From Escherichia coli (GTDB lineage Bacteria > Pseudomonadota > Gammaproteobacteria > Enterobacterales > Enterobacteriaceae), in NCBI RefSeq assembly GCF_002854065.1, contig NZ_CP024147.1: 64,000 bases of DNA. The stretch is one strand, 5' to 3'. Below the pieces are notes generated by a model that saw only the letters and a list, made by a program, of their open reading frames with translations, was not told the DNA's origin and did no database searches. Of this stretch, positions 24,311 to 37,426 are shown piece after piece; the first letter of the stretch is position 1, and the number at the start of each line of letters is the position of its first letter. The position numbers and the translations under genes were made by a program.

Positions 24311-25300
24311 ATGAACAAGTGGGGCGTAGGGTTAACATTTTTGCTGGCGACAACCAGCGTTATGGCAAAGGATATTCAGCTTCTTAACGTTTCATATGAT
24401 CCAACGCGCGAATTGTACGAACAGTACAACAAGGCATTCAGCGCCCACTGGAAACAGCAAACTGGTGATAACGTGGTGATTCGTCAGTCACACGGTGGTT
24501 CAGGTAAACAAGCGACGTCGGTAATCAACGGTATTGAAGCTGATGTTGTCACGCTGGCTCTGGCCTATGACGTGGACGCAATTGCGGAACGCGGGCGGAT
24601 TGATAAAGAGTGGATCAAACGTCTGCCGGATAACTCCGCACCGTACACTTCCACCATTGTTTTCCTGGTGCGTAAGGGCAATCCGAAGCAGATCCATGAC
24701 TGGAACGATCTGATTAAACCGGGTGTTTCAGTGATCACGCCTAATCCGAAAAGCTCTGGTGGCGCGCGCTGGAATTACCTGGCTGCCTGGGGCTACGCGC
24801 TGCATCACAACAACAACGATCAGGCAAAAGCACAGGATTTTGTTCGGGCACTGTATAAAAACGTCGAAGTTCTGGATTCTGGCGCGCGTGGCTCCACTAA
24901 CACTTTTGTCGAGCGCGGAATTGGCGATGTACTGATTGCCTGGGAAAACGAAGCTCTGCTGGCAGCGAATGAACTGGGGAAAGATAAATTCGAAATCGTC
25001 ACGCCGAGTGAGTCTATCCTCGCAGAGCCAACCGTGTCGGTGGTCGATAAAGTGGTCGAGAAAAAAGGTACTAAAGAGGTGGCGGAAGCCTACCTGAAAT
25101 ATCTCTACTCGCCAGAAGGTCAGGAAATTGCCGCGAAAAACTACTACCGTCCGCGCGACGCTGAGGTGGCGAAAAAGTACGAAAATGCGTTTCCAAAGCT
25201 GAAGTTATTCACCATTGATGAAGAGTTCGGCGGCTGGACGAAAGCGCAAAAAGAGCATTTTGCTAACGGCGGTACGTTCGATCAGATCAGCAAACGCTGA
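24311..25300 (+). CDS. sbp: Periplasmic sulfate-binding protein
   Basis: 329-aa ORF with signal peptide. Confidence 0.95.
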   Translation: MNKWGVGLTFLLATTSVMAKDIQLLNVSYDPTRELYEQYNKAFSAHWKQQTGDNVVIRQSHGGSGKQATSVINGIEADVVTLALAYDVDAIAERGRIDKEWIKRLPDNSAPYTSTIVFLVRKGNPKQIHDWNDLIKPGVSVITPNPKSSGGARWNYLAAWGYALHHNNNDQAKAQDFVRALYKNVEVLDSGARGSTNTFVERGIGDVLIAWENEALLAANELGKDKFEIVTPSESILAEPTVSVVDKVVEKKGTKEVAEAYLKYLYSPEGQEIAAKNYYRPRDAEVAKKYENAFPKLKLFTIDEEFGGWTKAQKEHFANGGTFDQISKR

Positions 25301-25319
25301 TTTCTCCAGGATAATTATC

Positions 25320-25352
25320 AAACCCGGTGGTTTCTCGCGACCGGGTTTTTTA
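25320..25352 (+). terminator. sbp rho-independent terminator
   Basis: aaacccggtggtttctcgcgaccgggttttttat. Confidence 0.5.
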
Positions 25353-25406
25353 TTTGTCACGATTTTGCGTTACCCTTGCATCTCTTTGAGGTACAGGGAA
25401 AAAAAG

Positions 25407-26162
25407 ATGAAAAAAGCGGGTCTTCTTTTTTTGGTGATGATAGTTATCGCCGTTGTGGCTGCCGGTATTGGTTACTGGAAATTAACCGGTGAAGAGTCGG
25501 TTACATTACGTAAGATTGTCCTTGAGGAATGTTTGCCCAATCAGCAGCAAAATCAAAATCCTTCGCCATGTGCGGAAGTCAAACCCAATGCCGGATACGT
25601 GGTTTTAAAAGATCTTAATGGCCCACTGCAATATCTGTTGATGCCAACGTATCGTATTAACGGTACTGAAAGTCCTTTGTTGACCGATCCTTCAACGCCG
25701 AACTTCTTTTGGTTGGCCTGGCAGGCGCGTGATTTTATGAGCAAAAAATACGGCCAGCCGGTTCCCGATCGCGCGGTTTCTTTGGCGATCAACTCCCGCA
25801 CCGGGCGTACGCAAAACCATTTTCATATTCATATCTCTTGTATTCGTCCTGATGTGCGCGAACAACTGGATAACAATCTGGCGAACATCAGCAGCCGCTG
25901 GTTGCCACTGCCAGGTGGTTTGCGCGGGCATGAATACCTGGCGCGTCGGGTAACGGAAAGCGAACTGGTACAACGCAGCCCATTTATGATGCTGGCAGAA
26001 GAAGTACCTGAGGCGCGGGAACATATGGGAAGCTACGGGCTGGCGATGGTACGGCAGAGTGATAACTCATTTGTATTGCTGGCGACACAACGAAATCTAC
26101 TGACGCTTAACCGTGCTTCAGCCGAGGAAATTCAGGATCATCAGTGTGAGATTTTGCGTTAA
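25407..26162 (+). CDS. cdh: CDP-diacylglycerol pyrophosphatase
   Basis: 251 aa from [20 protein letters not shown]... Confidence 0.9.
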   Translation: MKKAGLLFLVMIVIAVVAAGIGYWKLTGEESVTLRKIVLEECLPNQQQNQNPSPCAEVKPNAGYVVLKDLNGPLQYLLMPTYRINGTESPLLTDPSTPNFFWLAWQARDFMSKKYGQPVPDRAVSLAINSRTGRTQNHFHIHISCIRPDVREQLDNNLANISSRWLPLPGGLRGHEYLARRVTESELVQRSPFMMLAEEVPEAREHMGSYGLAMVRQSDNSFVLLATQRNLLTLNRASAEEIQDHQCEILR

Positions 26163-26216
26163 GGCGAAGAGTTAAGGAAAGTAAGTGCCGGATATGAAAT
26201 CCGGCACCTGTCAGAC

Positions 26217-26984
26217 TTAAGCCTGTTTAGCCGCTTCTGCAGCTTTAACGATTACTGCGAAGGCGTCAGCTTTCAGAGAAGCACCACCAACCAGCGCGCC
26301 GTCGATATCCGGCTGAGCAAACAGTTCTGCAGCGTTAGACGCGTTTACAGAGCCGCCGTACTGAATGATCACTTGTTCAGCGATGTTAGCGTCAACTTTA
26401 GCGATGTGGTCACGGATGAATTTGTGAACAGCCTGTGCCTGAGCCGGAGTTGCAGATTTGCCAGTACCGATTGCCCATACAGGTTCGTAAGCGATAACCG
26501 CACCTTCGAATGCCGCAGCACCCTGAGTTTTCAGTACCGCGTCGATCTGACGTGCGCAAACTTCTTCAGTTTTGCCCGCTTCGTTTTCAGCTTCGGTTTC
26601 ACCGATGCACAGAACCGGAGTCAGACCCTGCTCTTTCAGCACCGCGAATTTTTTCGCGATCAGTTCGTCAGACTCTTTGTGGTAAGTACGACGTTCAGAG
26701 TGGCCGATGATGATGTACTGTGCGCCGATGTCTTTCAGCATAGCAGCAGAGGTTTCACCGGTGAATGCGCCGGACAGGTTCAGGTCCACGTTTTGCGCAC
26801 CCAGCATGATGTGGCTGCCTTCAGCTTCACGCTTCGCCATATCGATGTACATTTCCGGTGGTGCGATTGCAACCGCACAGCCAGCAACACCTGCCAGCTC
26901 TTTACGCAGGTTAGAAACCAGCTCGTGAACCATGTGGCGGCTGCCGTTCAGTTTCCAGTTACCCATCACTAAAGGATGTCGCAT
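26217..26984 (-). CDS. tpiA: Triosephosphate isomerase
   Basis: 255-aa [17 protein letters not shown]... Confidence 0.95.
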
Positions 26985-27091
26985 TTTAATTCTCCACGCT
27001 TATAAGCGAATAAAGGAAGATGGCCGCCCCGCAGGGCAGCAGGTCTGTGAAACAGTATAGAGATTCATCGGCACAAAGGCTTTGCTTTTTG

Positions 27092-27691
27092 TCATTTATT
27101 CAAACCTTCAAGCGATTCAGATAGCGCCAGCTTAATCGGTTCAACAGCGAAGGTCAGCCCCTTTTCGCCGTTGTCCGCGACAACATAACGCAGTGCACCT
27201 TCTGTCTCGGTGTAATAACGTTTGTTTTTCCCCGCCGTTAGTAGCGACTGCAGTTTTTTCTGGCTTTGTGTTTTGGTCATTAATGGGGTGAGTGTGCGGA
27301 TCACCGCTGCCATATATTCCTGAGCTTTCGCTTTCGCGGCTTTTTGCTCTGGCCCCTGGATGGGTAGCCAGGTCATTTGAATGCTTTTGATTTTTAAGGT
27401 ACCGCGCTCCAGCGCTGTAGAAGCATACAAGTTCTCGTTAATTTTACTTGCAGCACGAGTGAGATTGGCTTTGTCGGGACTGCTGTCGATGGCACGAAAT
27501 TCGTTCAGTGGCAGGCTGGGATTCTGGCTGTTAAAGTCTTCTCGAAACTGGCTGATGGAGAGATCGAAAGTAGGGGCTCCAGCCAGCAGATAAGGCGCGG
27601 TCGTTGCCGTATCTGGTGTTTGTGCATGCGCCGTTGTTGTAACGGTTAATGCAGAACATAAGAGAAAAAACAGCGTACACCCTGGCTTCAT
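27092..27691 (-). CDS. yiiQ: Secreted protein YiiQ (DUF1454-like)
   Basis: 199-aa ORF with signal peptide. Confidence 0.85.
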   Translation of the reverse strand: MKPGCTLFFLLCSALTVTTTAHAQTPDTATTAPYLLAGAPTFDLSISQFREDFNSQNPSLPLNEFRAIDSSPDKANLTRAASKINENLYASTALERGTLKIKSIQMTWLPIQGPEQKAAKAKAQEYMAAVIRTLTPLMTKTQSQKKLQSLLTAGKNKRYYTETEGALRYVVADNGEKGLTFAVEPIKLALSESLEGLNK

Positions 27692-27791
27692 TGACAGTAC
27701 CTTTTGTTATGACTGGCTCCGATTAAAACGATATCTGTCGCCCTTGTCAAAAGGGTAGAATCCTGGAAAAGACAACCATCAAGGAACTTAC

Positions 27792-28232
27792 ATGACCATA
27801 CAGCAATGGTTATTCTCATTTAAAGGGCGTATTGGACGCCGTGATTTCTGGATTTGGATAGGCCTGTGGTTCGCAGGCATGCTGGTGCTTTTCTCACTGG
27901 CGGGTAAAAATTTACTCGATATTCAGACCGCGGCGTTTTGCCTTGTGTGCTTGCTCTGGCCAACAGCGGCAGTAACCGTTAAGCGCTTGCATGATCGCGG
28001 GCGTTCCGGCGCATGGGCATTTCTGATGATTGTGGCGTGGATGCTACTGGCGGGTAACTGGGCGATTTTACCGGGTGTCTGGCAATGGGCGGTAGGGCGT
28101 TTTGTCCCGACGTTGATTCTGGTGATGATGCTTATCGATCTTGGTGCGTTTGTTGGCACACAAGGCGAAAATAAATATGGTAAAGATACTCAGGATGTGA
28201 AGTATAAAGCCGACAATAAATCAAGTAATTAA
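27792..28232 (+). CDS. yiiR: Inner membrane protein YiiR
   Basis: 146-aa ORF. Confidence 0.85.
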   Translation: MTIQQWLFSFKGRIGRRDFWIWIGLWFAGMLVLFSLAGKNLLDIQTAAFCLVCLLWPTAAVTVKRLHDRGRSGAWAFLMIVAWMLLAGNWAILPGVWQWAVGRFVPTLILVMMLIDLGAFVGTQGENKYGKDTQDVKYKADNKSSN

Positions 28233-28444
28233 CCTTTAATATATCTCTTACTGCTATTTTTTTTCCGGGATTGTTATTTCCACGATGCAAATGACAATGC
28301 CCGGAAAATCCTTCTGAACTCTTCACCTTAAGCAATATCAAAAAAAATGGTAATCCATAAGATCATTACTTGTTTGTTCTTCCCTTAACGGCGCATTATT
28401 CTTAAGTCGTAATCGACAGAGAGGCGAATATACAGAGGTGCCCT

Positions 28445-28744
28445 ATGAAAGATGTCGTAGATAAATGCAGTACTAAAGGATGTGCGATTGATATCGGTAC
28501 GGTGATTGATAACGACAACTGTACCAGTAAGTTTTCGCGCTTTTTTGCCACCCGCGAAGAAGCAGAGTCCTTTATGACCAAACTGAAAGAGCTTGCCGCC
28601 GCTGCATCCTCTGCAGATGAAGGGGCCAGCGTGGCCTATAAGATTAAGGATCTGGAGGGGCAAGTTGAGCTTGATGCGGCCTTCACCTTCTCATGCCAGG
28701 CCGAGATGATTATTTTTGAGTTATCACTGCGTTCGTTAGCTTGA
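28445..28744 (+). CDS. yiiS: UPF0381 protein YiiS
   Basis: 99-aa ORF. Confidence 0.8.
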   Translation: MKDVVDKCSTKGCAIDIGTVIDNDNCTSKFSRFFATREEAESFMTKLKELAAAASSADEGASVAYKIKDLEGQVELDAAFTFSCQAEMIIFELSLRSLA

Positions 28745-28770
28745 TGGAGTTGCTTTAGAAGGAGTTAAAC

Positions 28771-29199
28771 ATGGCTTATAAACACATTGGCGTGGCAATT
28801 TCCGGGAATGAAGAAGATGCCTTACTGGTGAATAAAGCCCTGGAGCTCGCCAGACATAATGACGCTCACCTGACGTTAATTCATATTGATGATGGCTTAA
28901 GCGAGTTGTATCCGGGTATCTACTTCCCTGCAACAGAAGATATTCTTCAATTGTTGAAGAATAAGTCGGATAACAAGCTGTATAAACTGACGAAAAATAT
29001 TCAATGGCCGAAGACAAAACTGCGTATTGAACGCGGAGAAATGCCGGAAACACTGCTGGAAATTATGCAAAAAGAGCAGTGCGACCTCCTTGTCTGTGGT
29101 CATCACCACTCATTTATCAACCGTTTGATGCCGGCATATCGCGGGATGATCAATAAGTTGAGTGCGGATTTGCTCATCGTGCCGTTTATCGATAAGTAA
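28771..29199 (+). CDS. uspD: Universal stress protein D
   Basis: 142-aa ORF. Confidence 0.9.
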   Translation: MAYKHIGVAISGNEEDALLVNKALELARHNDAHLTLIHIDDGLSELYPGIYFPATEDILQLLKNKSDNKLYKLTKNIQWPKTKLRIERGEMPETLLEIMQKEQCDLLVCGHHHSFINRLMPAYRGMINKLSADLLIVPFIDK

Positions 29200-29203
29200 C
29201 CGC

Positions 29204-29950
29204 TTACCAGTAATGCTCCGCTGTCATATGGCCCGGTCGGCGACGTAAATGTTTCGTCATCTGCCGGGTCTCTTTCAGCAACTGTTGGGTATCGCGCACC
29301 ATCTGTGGATTGCCGCACAGCATCACATGGCTGGTTTCTTTATTCATCGGCAGGCCAATCGCGCTTTCCAGTTCACCACTTTCAATTAATGCCGGTATCC
29401 GTCCGGTGAGCGACCCCGCTGCCGTTTCCCGACTGACCACCGTCTGAATGCGCAGTTTTCCTTCGTAGCGTTTTTCCAGTTCTTGCATCAGTGGCAAATA
29501 GCTTAAGTCGGCGGCATAACGTGCGGCGTGCACCAGGACCAGATTTTTGAAGCGATCTAAATCTTTGCCTAGTTGTAGAATCGATAAATAAGGGCCAATC
29601 GCTGTACCGGTTGCCAGCATCCATAGCGTTTCGCAATCTGGCACTTCATCCAGAACAAAGAAGCCAGCTGCTTCGCTAACCACCTGCACTTCATCTCCTG
29701 GTTTCAGTGCCGCCAATCGTGGGCTTAATTTGCCATCGGGGACGGTGACCAGGTAAAACTCCAGATCGGGATTATCGGGCGAGTTAACATAGGAGTAGGC
29801 GCGCTGGACGCGTTCGCCGTCGATTTCAAGGCCAAGCTTGGTAAATTGCCCGGCGGTAAACGGATGCACAGGGGCGTGAACGGTGAGACTAAACAGGGCG
29901 TCGGTCCAGTTCTGCACTTTAGTGACTTTGCCTGTTACCCAATCAGCCAT
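29204..29950 (-). CDS. fpr: Ferredoxin/flavodoxin-NADP+ reductase
   Basis: 248-aa ORF MADWVTGKVTKVQNWTD... Confidence 0.9.
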   Translation of the reverse strand: MADWVTGKVTKVQNWTDALFSLTVHAPVHPFTAGQFTKLGLEIDGERVQRAYSYVNSPDNPDLEFYLVTVPDGKLSPRLAALKPGDEVQVVSEAAGFFVLDEVPDCETLWMLATGTAIGPYLSILQLGKDLDRFKNLVLVHAARYAADLSYLPLMQELEKRYEGKLRIQTVVSRETAAGSLTGRIPALIESGELESAIGLPMNKETSHVMLCGNPQMVRDTQQLLKETRQMTKHLRRRPGHMTAEHYW

Positions 29951-29995
29951 GTTTTTCTCCTGTTTTGATTGACTTGCCTTATCTTCGTTCTCCGA

Positions 29996-30024
29996 ACAAA
30001 AAAATTCCAGTCCCGAAGGACTGG
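29996..30024 (-). terminator. glpX terminator (ccagtcccgaaggactgg followed by a T-run on the minus strand)
   Basis: Hairpin plus A-run on the plus strand just 3' of the glpX stop. Confidence 0.45.
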
Positions 30025-30046
30025 AAGGCTCAATCGATCAAATCAA

Positions 30047-31057
30047 TCAGAGGATGTGCACCTGCATTTCCGGGTCTTTGCGATCCAGATAGTGGATAGA
30101 CTGAATGCGGCGAATGGTGCGTGATTTGCCGCGGATCAGCAGCGTTTCGGTAGTCGCGATATTGCCTTTGCGGCTAATGCCTTCCAGCAGATCGCCTTTG
30201 GTAATACCGGTGGCAGAGAAGATGACGTTATCGCTGCGCGCCATATCGCCCAGACGCAATACTTTACCGGCTTCGATGCCCATCGCTTTGCAGCGTGCCA
30301 GCTCCTGCTCGCCAATGCGACGATTCTCTTCATTGTCGCCTTTGACGTCATGACGCGCCAGCAGACGACCGTTCATGTCGCCATCTAATGCGCGGATCAC
30401 CGCCGCAGAAACCACGCCTTCCGGCGCGCCACCAATTCCGTACAGCACGTCAACTTCGCTGTCTGGCATACAGGTGAGAATTGAGGCCGCAACGTCGCCA
30501 TCCGGAATAGCAAATACGCGTACGCCGAGTTGCTGCATTTCAGCGATAACGGCATCGTGGCGTGGTTTAGCCAGAATCGTTACCGTCAGTTCGCTCAACG
30601 GTTTGCCGAGCGCCGCCGCTACATTGCGCAGGTTATCCGCCAGCGGCAGGTTCAGATCAATGGTGCCTTTGGCTCCCGGCCCGACAATCAGCTTCTCCAT
30701 ATACATATCCGGCGCATTGAGGAAGCAGCCTTTATCGCCTACTGCCAGCACCGCCAGCGCGTTAGCCTGACCCATCGCCGTCATGCGCGTGCCTTCAATC
30801 GGATCAACAGCAATATCTACCGCGTCGCCGCGACCAGTACCGACTTTTTCACCAATGTAGAGCATCGGTGCTTCGTCGATTTCACCTTCACCAATGACGA
30901 TGGTGCCGTCAATGTTGACCTGGTTGAGCATAATACGCATGGCGTTTACCGCCGCGCCGTCCGCGGTGTTTTTATCGCCGCGTCCTAACCATTTGTAGCC
31001 AGCCAGCGCCGCAGATTCGGTGACGCGGGAAAATTCGATGGCAAGTTCTCGTCTCAT
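30047..31057 (-). CDS. glpX: Fructose-1,6-bisphosphatase class II
   Basis: 336-aa ORF. Confidence 0.95.
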   Translation of the reverse strand: MRRELAIEFSRVTESAALAGYKWLGRGDKNTADGAAVNAMRIMLNQVNIDGTIVIGEGEIDEAPMLYIGEKVGTGRGDAVDIAVDPIEGTRMTAMGQANALAVLAVGDKGCFLNAPDMYMEKLIVGPGAKGTIDLNLPLADNLRNVAAALGKPLSELTVTILAKPRHDAVIAEMQQLGVRVFAIPDGDVAASILTCMPDSEVDVLYGIGGAPEGVVSAAVIRALDGDMNGRLLARHDVKGDNEENRRIGEQELARCKAMGIEAGKVLRLGDMARSDNVIFSATGITKGDLLEGISRKGNIATTETLLIRGKSRTIRRIQSIHYLDRKDPEMQVHIL

Positions 31058-31161
31058 AGCAAACTCTAAGCAGTAAGGAATGGCGCGAAGTGTAGCACAG
31101 GGGAAGGGTGGGATTATTGATGTGTGCGGGGTTGCCCCCGCACGGTTTCAGAGTCTGCGTG

Positions 31162-31270
31162 ATGCCGGATGCGGCGTGAACGCCTTATCCCGCCTACACA
31201 AAATGGCATTGGCTCGTAGGCCTGATAAGACGCGTAAGCGTCGCATCAGGCGATCAGCATCAGGCAATCG
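31162..31270. repeat. REP/BIME element between glpX and glpK
   Basis: gccggatgcggcgtgaacgccttatcc and gtaggcctgataagacgcg...cgcatcaggc palindromes. Confidence 0.6.
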
Positions 31271-31286
31271 ATTCAGGTGCCTGACA

Positions 31287-33663
<2,377 letters not shown>

Positions 33664-33900
33664 AATCGGATCCTGAAGAGTTAATGTTTGTTGTATGCGT
33701 GAAAGTCACGGACCTCCACGATGCTTGTAGGCATGCTGTAAACTTATCGTTAACGAGCAAAAACGAGAAATATCGAACTTAAAATGTGTGTGCTTCGTCA
33801 TAAAATGAGCGTTATCGCGCCATTTATTCCATCTGATTGTACATGATGCATGTTTGTTAGATCATTCGCGCAACAAATTTATTAACATTTTCGATTGGTG
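33664..33900 (-). promoter_or_regulatory. glpFKX promoter/operator region (GlpR and CRP sites expected)
   Basis: Position upstream of glpF; sites not individually resolved. Confidence 0.35.
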
Positions 33901-34025
33901 TGGATTATGTCTCCAGGAGAAGGATGAAAAGTGTGGCAAACCGTAATCTGCAAGGCGTGCCGCTGGACAGCGATGGCGCGGCTTCATACAATCGGAGCTA
34001 ACTAAAGTGCGCTCGTATTTATTAA

Positions 34026-34334
<309 letters not shown>

Positions 34335-34348
34335 TCTCTTCCACGCAG

Positions 34349-34375
34349 AGGCGCCGCAAGGCGCCTTATTTTTTA
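34349..34375 (+). terminator. zapB rho-independent terminator
   Basis: aggcgcc-gcaa-ggcgcct then tattttttac; overlaps the stop codon of the following minus-strand ORF. Confidence 0.5.
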
Positions 34376-35089
34376 CTTCACTGTATTTTTAGCAGACAAC
34401 ATAATCTCCATCGCCTGTTGGCGATATTTATCTGCCGTATCTGGCTCCATTAATGCAATGATCCCCACAGCCCTGGGGGTGTCTTCAAGATAAACACTGA
34501 TGGTTCTTTTCTGCTGACCATCAAAATTTATCAACACATCCTGATACTTACAGGTGAAATGTTTGGCATTACAATCATGAAACTGGAAGGTTTCTTCATT
34601 GTATTGATCCTTGAGATTGTCTCGCTGCATCTTCTTTAACTCTTCCAGCGAGTCATCGGCGCTACGTCCTGCGGGCAGGCGGAAAGCAGAAATAAAGACG
34701 CTATTATCTTCACTTCTTATATCAATGGTTTTATCAGTACTAATAGAAACCGTATTCCAGTGTCGGTTTGGGACAGTCACGGAAATAGCTGCCTTCTCAA
34801 ACGTATAGTGCCACGGGGTGAACAGACGAAACGTATTGCCGACGTTGGATAAAAGCAGGACTCCCAATACCCAACAGTACCCGCGAGTAAAACTGGCGAA
34901 GTTACGCGTTTTTTTAGTGAATGTGCACAGAATACCTGACACAAGCACGGGAAGTAATAACGGCCCAAGAAGTACTGAACCGATATACTCGCCAACCATC
35001 CCAGGATCTCCAGTAAGCAAGTTACTGTGCTGAAGATGACTAAGAAAAATAGTTATTATCCATAGTATTAATAAGATAACGTATCTCAT
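34373..35089 (-). CDS. Hypothetical membrane protein, island gene 2 (238 aa; three predicted N-terminal TM helices plus ~140-aa C-terminal domain); paralog of the upstream ORF
   Basis: Long ORF in an AT-rich insert; shares motifs with 35122-35808 (KKtR..F.RG.CW..G..L, YTF, TVTVP, DPD..D.Y..E.M..MLSA). Confidence 0.6.
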   Translation of the reverse strand: MRYVILLILWIITIFLSHLQHSNLLTGDPGMVGEYIGSVLLGPLLLPVLVSGILCTFTKKTRNFASFTRGYCWVLGVLLLSNVGNTFRLFTPWHYTFEKAAISVTVPNRHWNTVSISTDKTIDIRSEDNSVFISAFRLPAGRSADDSLEELKKMQRDNLKDQYNEETFQFHDCNAKHFTCKYQDVLINFDGQQKRTISVYLEDTPRAVGIIALMEPDTADKYRQQAMEIMLSAKNTVK

Positions 35090-35121
35090 ATCAATCCATT
35101 ATTATTAACATGCACATCAGA

Positions 35122-35808
35122 TCATTGACGAGCAGAAAGCATCATTTTCATTACTTCTTCTTGATATTCGTCCAAATAATCTGGGTCGATAGCTGCGACC
35201 AGTTGTATCAAATTAGTGTTATCCAGTAGAGTCATGAAAATAACATGTCTTACTTTGCCATCACTCATTGTTTGCACTCCTTCTTGATAAGCGCAGGCAA
35301 ATCCCTGAACATCACAAACATGCATTTCTGCAGTTCCGTTTTGAGTCGCGGTAAGTTCCTCGATTGAATGCACACCGAGTTCATTTTGTGAGAAGGCAAC
35401 AATAGCTAAAATAGCATGGGCATCCCGGGTCACCAGGGTTGGTCCTTGTTTTACTATATTGGCAACCCACTGTTTGCTCGGAACCGTGACGGTGATACCT
35501 GGCTCCGGGAAAGTATAATCCCATATGCTGTGTCGTTCCCACACCGTATAGCTGCTATAGATAAGAAATAATCCCATTAACCAACAAGTGCCGCGAATAA
35601 AGCTGCGGCTGCTTCTTTTTTTTATCGTTATACAGATGATTGTGGCGATAATAAATGATAAGGCAAGTGGGTTAAAAAATACGTTAGCAAAATATAAAAT
35701 CATTTCACCCGCGTTGCCAGATAAAAGAAATTTGTAGCGGAAATGGTTAACGGCTATAAGTAATAAATATATAAATAAAAGAATAATATTCTGCATGAAT
35801 ACGTCCAT
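35122..35808 (-). CDS. Hypothetical membrane protein, island gene 1 (228 aa; same architecture as its paralog)
   Basis: Long ORF, AT-rich, paralogous to 34373-35089; start codon lies 4 nt after the rraA terminator T-run. Confidence 0.6.
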   Translation of the reverse strand: MDVFMQNIILLFIYLLLIAVNHFRYKFLLSGNAGEMILYFANVFFNPLALSFIIATIICITIKKRSSRSFIRGTCWLMGLFLIYSSYTVWERHSIWDYTFPEPGITVTVPSKQWVANIVKQGPTLVTRDAHAILAIVAFSQNELGVHSIEELTATQNGTAEMHVCDVQGFACAYQEGVQTMSDGKVRHVIFMTLLDNTNLIQLVAAIDPDYLDEYQEEVMKMMLSARQ

Positions 35809-35840
35809 GTATAAAAAAGGGGAATTTAATTCCCCTTTTA
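35809..35840 (-). terminator. rraA rho-independent terminator
   Basis: aaaagggga-atttaat-tcccctttt hairpin followed on the minus strand by a T-run. Confidence 0.45.
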
Positions 35841-35855
35841 ACGCATGGCAGATAC

Positions 35856-36341
35856 TTATTCAATATCCAGCGGATCTTCTGAAAGAATAATCCCGGTATT
35901 GTCGGCATAAAGATGGTCGCCGGAGAAGAAGGTAACACCGCCAAAATTGACGCGGACATCGCTTTCGCCAATGCCTTCGCCAGCGGCACCAACCGGAATT
36001 GCCGCCATCGCCTGGATGCCGATATCCAACTCTTCCAGGTCATCTACCTGACGCACCGCGCCGTAAATGACCAGACCTTCCCATTCATTTTGTACTGCCA
36101 GACGCGCCAGTTCAGCATCGACCAGTGCGCGACGAACAGAACCACCGCCATCGACGACAAGAACACGACCACGGCCATTCTGTTCGAGCAGATCGTACAG
36201 CAACCCGTTGTCCTCGAAACATTTTACCGTGATTATTTGTCCGCCAAACGACGCCCGTCCGCCAAAGTTGGAGAACAGCGGTTCCACGACGTTAACATCT
36301 TCTTGATAGATGTCACAAAGCTCGGAAGTATCGTATTTCAT
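35856..36341 (-). CDS. rraA: RNase E inhibitor RraA
   Basis: 161-aa [26 protein letters not shown]... Confidence 0.9.
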
Positions 36342-36433
36342 AGGCTTAACATTCAGTTGCTGCGAGAATTTTCAGTATATCGCGCTATGTGGTCTGTTGG
36401 CAAAATCATCAATTGTTAATTGATATTTGTCAG

Positions 36434-37360
36434 TTATGCTGCCCACTGGCTTAGGAATATCCCTACAACAAACAGCAGGTTAGTCAGTAACGCTCCCTTG
36501 ACAGTGCGTTCCAGCATCGGTCGCATCGCCACCGGGTCCATTTCCCGCATCACATAACGGGCTTGCTTCACCAGCAACGGTGCCGCCAGCAGGAACAGCC
36601 AGCCCCACAGGCTATGCAGCGAAAAGAGATTAAACAGCGCCAGACATACCAGAGAGCCCATCAGCAGGCAGGCATGATAACGACGCGCGTTCACTTCACC
36701 TAAGCGCACCACCAGCGTGTTTTTGCCGTTTTCGCGGTCGCTATTGATATCACGCAGGTTATTAATGTTCAGTACTGCCGTTGCCAGCAGGCCGCATGCG
36801 GTCGCCGGAAGGATCAGTGCCGGAATCAATGTATGAGCCTGTAAATACCAGCTCCCCATGACGCTTAACCAGCCAAAGAAAACCAGTACGGAAATATCAC
36901 CCAGACCGATATAACCATAAGGACGATTGCCCACGGTGTAGGTGATAGCGGCAATGATCGACAACCCGCCAAGAATCAGGAAACCGACAAAATCAGCCAG
37001 CGTATGGCATGCCACTGCAACCAGTGCCAGCCCAGAGAGACAGATGAGCACGACGGTAATAATGAGCGCCCGTTTCATCTCTTGCTGGGTAATGACCCCT
37101 TTTTGCATGCCGCGTAGCGGCCCAATGCGGTCAGGTTTATCGCTGCCTTTTACTGCATCGCCGTAATCATTGGCGAGGTTAGAAAGGATCTGTAATAGCC
37201 CGGCGGTAATCAGTGCCAGCAGGGCGACCAGCGGATCAAAATGACCTTGCCACCATGCCAGCGCCGTCCCGACGATAATTGCAGCAAAGGCGAGGGGGAG
37301 GGTTTTAGGTCGTAAACTTTCCAGCCACGCCTGAGTTCGGCTAATTTGTTGTTCAGTCAT
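36434..37360 (-). CDS. menA: 1,4-dihydroxy-2-naphthoate octaprenyltransferase
   Basis: 308 aa from MTEQQISRTQAWLESLRPKTLP... Confidence 0.9.
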   Translation of the reverse strand: MTEQQISRTQAWLESLRPKTLPLAFAAIIVGTALAWWQGHFDPLVALLALITAGLLQILSNLANDYGDAVKGSDKPDRIGPLRGMQKGVITQQEMKRALIITVVLICLSGLALVAVACHTLADFVGFLILGGLSIIAAITYTVGNRPYGYIGLGDISVLVFFGWLSVMGSWYLQAHTLIPALILPATACGLLATAVLNINNLRDINSDRENGKNTLVVRLGEVNARRYHACLLMGSLVCLALFNLFSLHSLWGWLFLLAAPLLVKQARYVMREMDPVAMRPMLERTVKGALLTNLLFVVGIFLSQWAA

Positions 37361-37426
37361 AATACGCGCCAATAAAAATGGGGCCTTTCAGCCCCATCAA
37401 ACAATGATGAAAATGATTGAACGCGA

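Noticed and set aside
26185-26207. Hairpin gtgccggat...atccggcac between cdh and tpiA as a rho-independent terminator
   Set aside because: Stem is clear but there is no adjacent U-tract on either strand; left unannotated.
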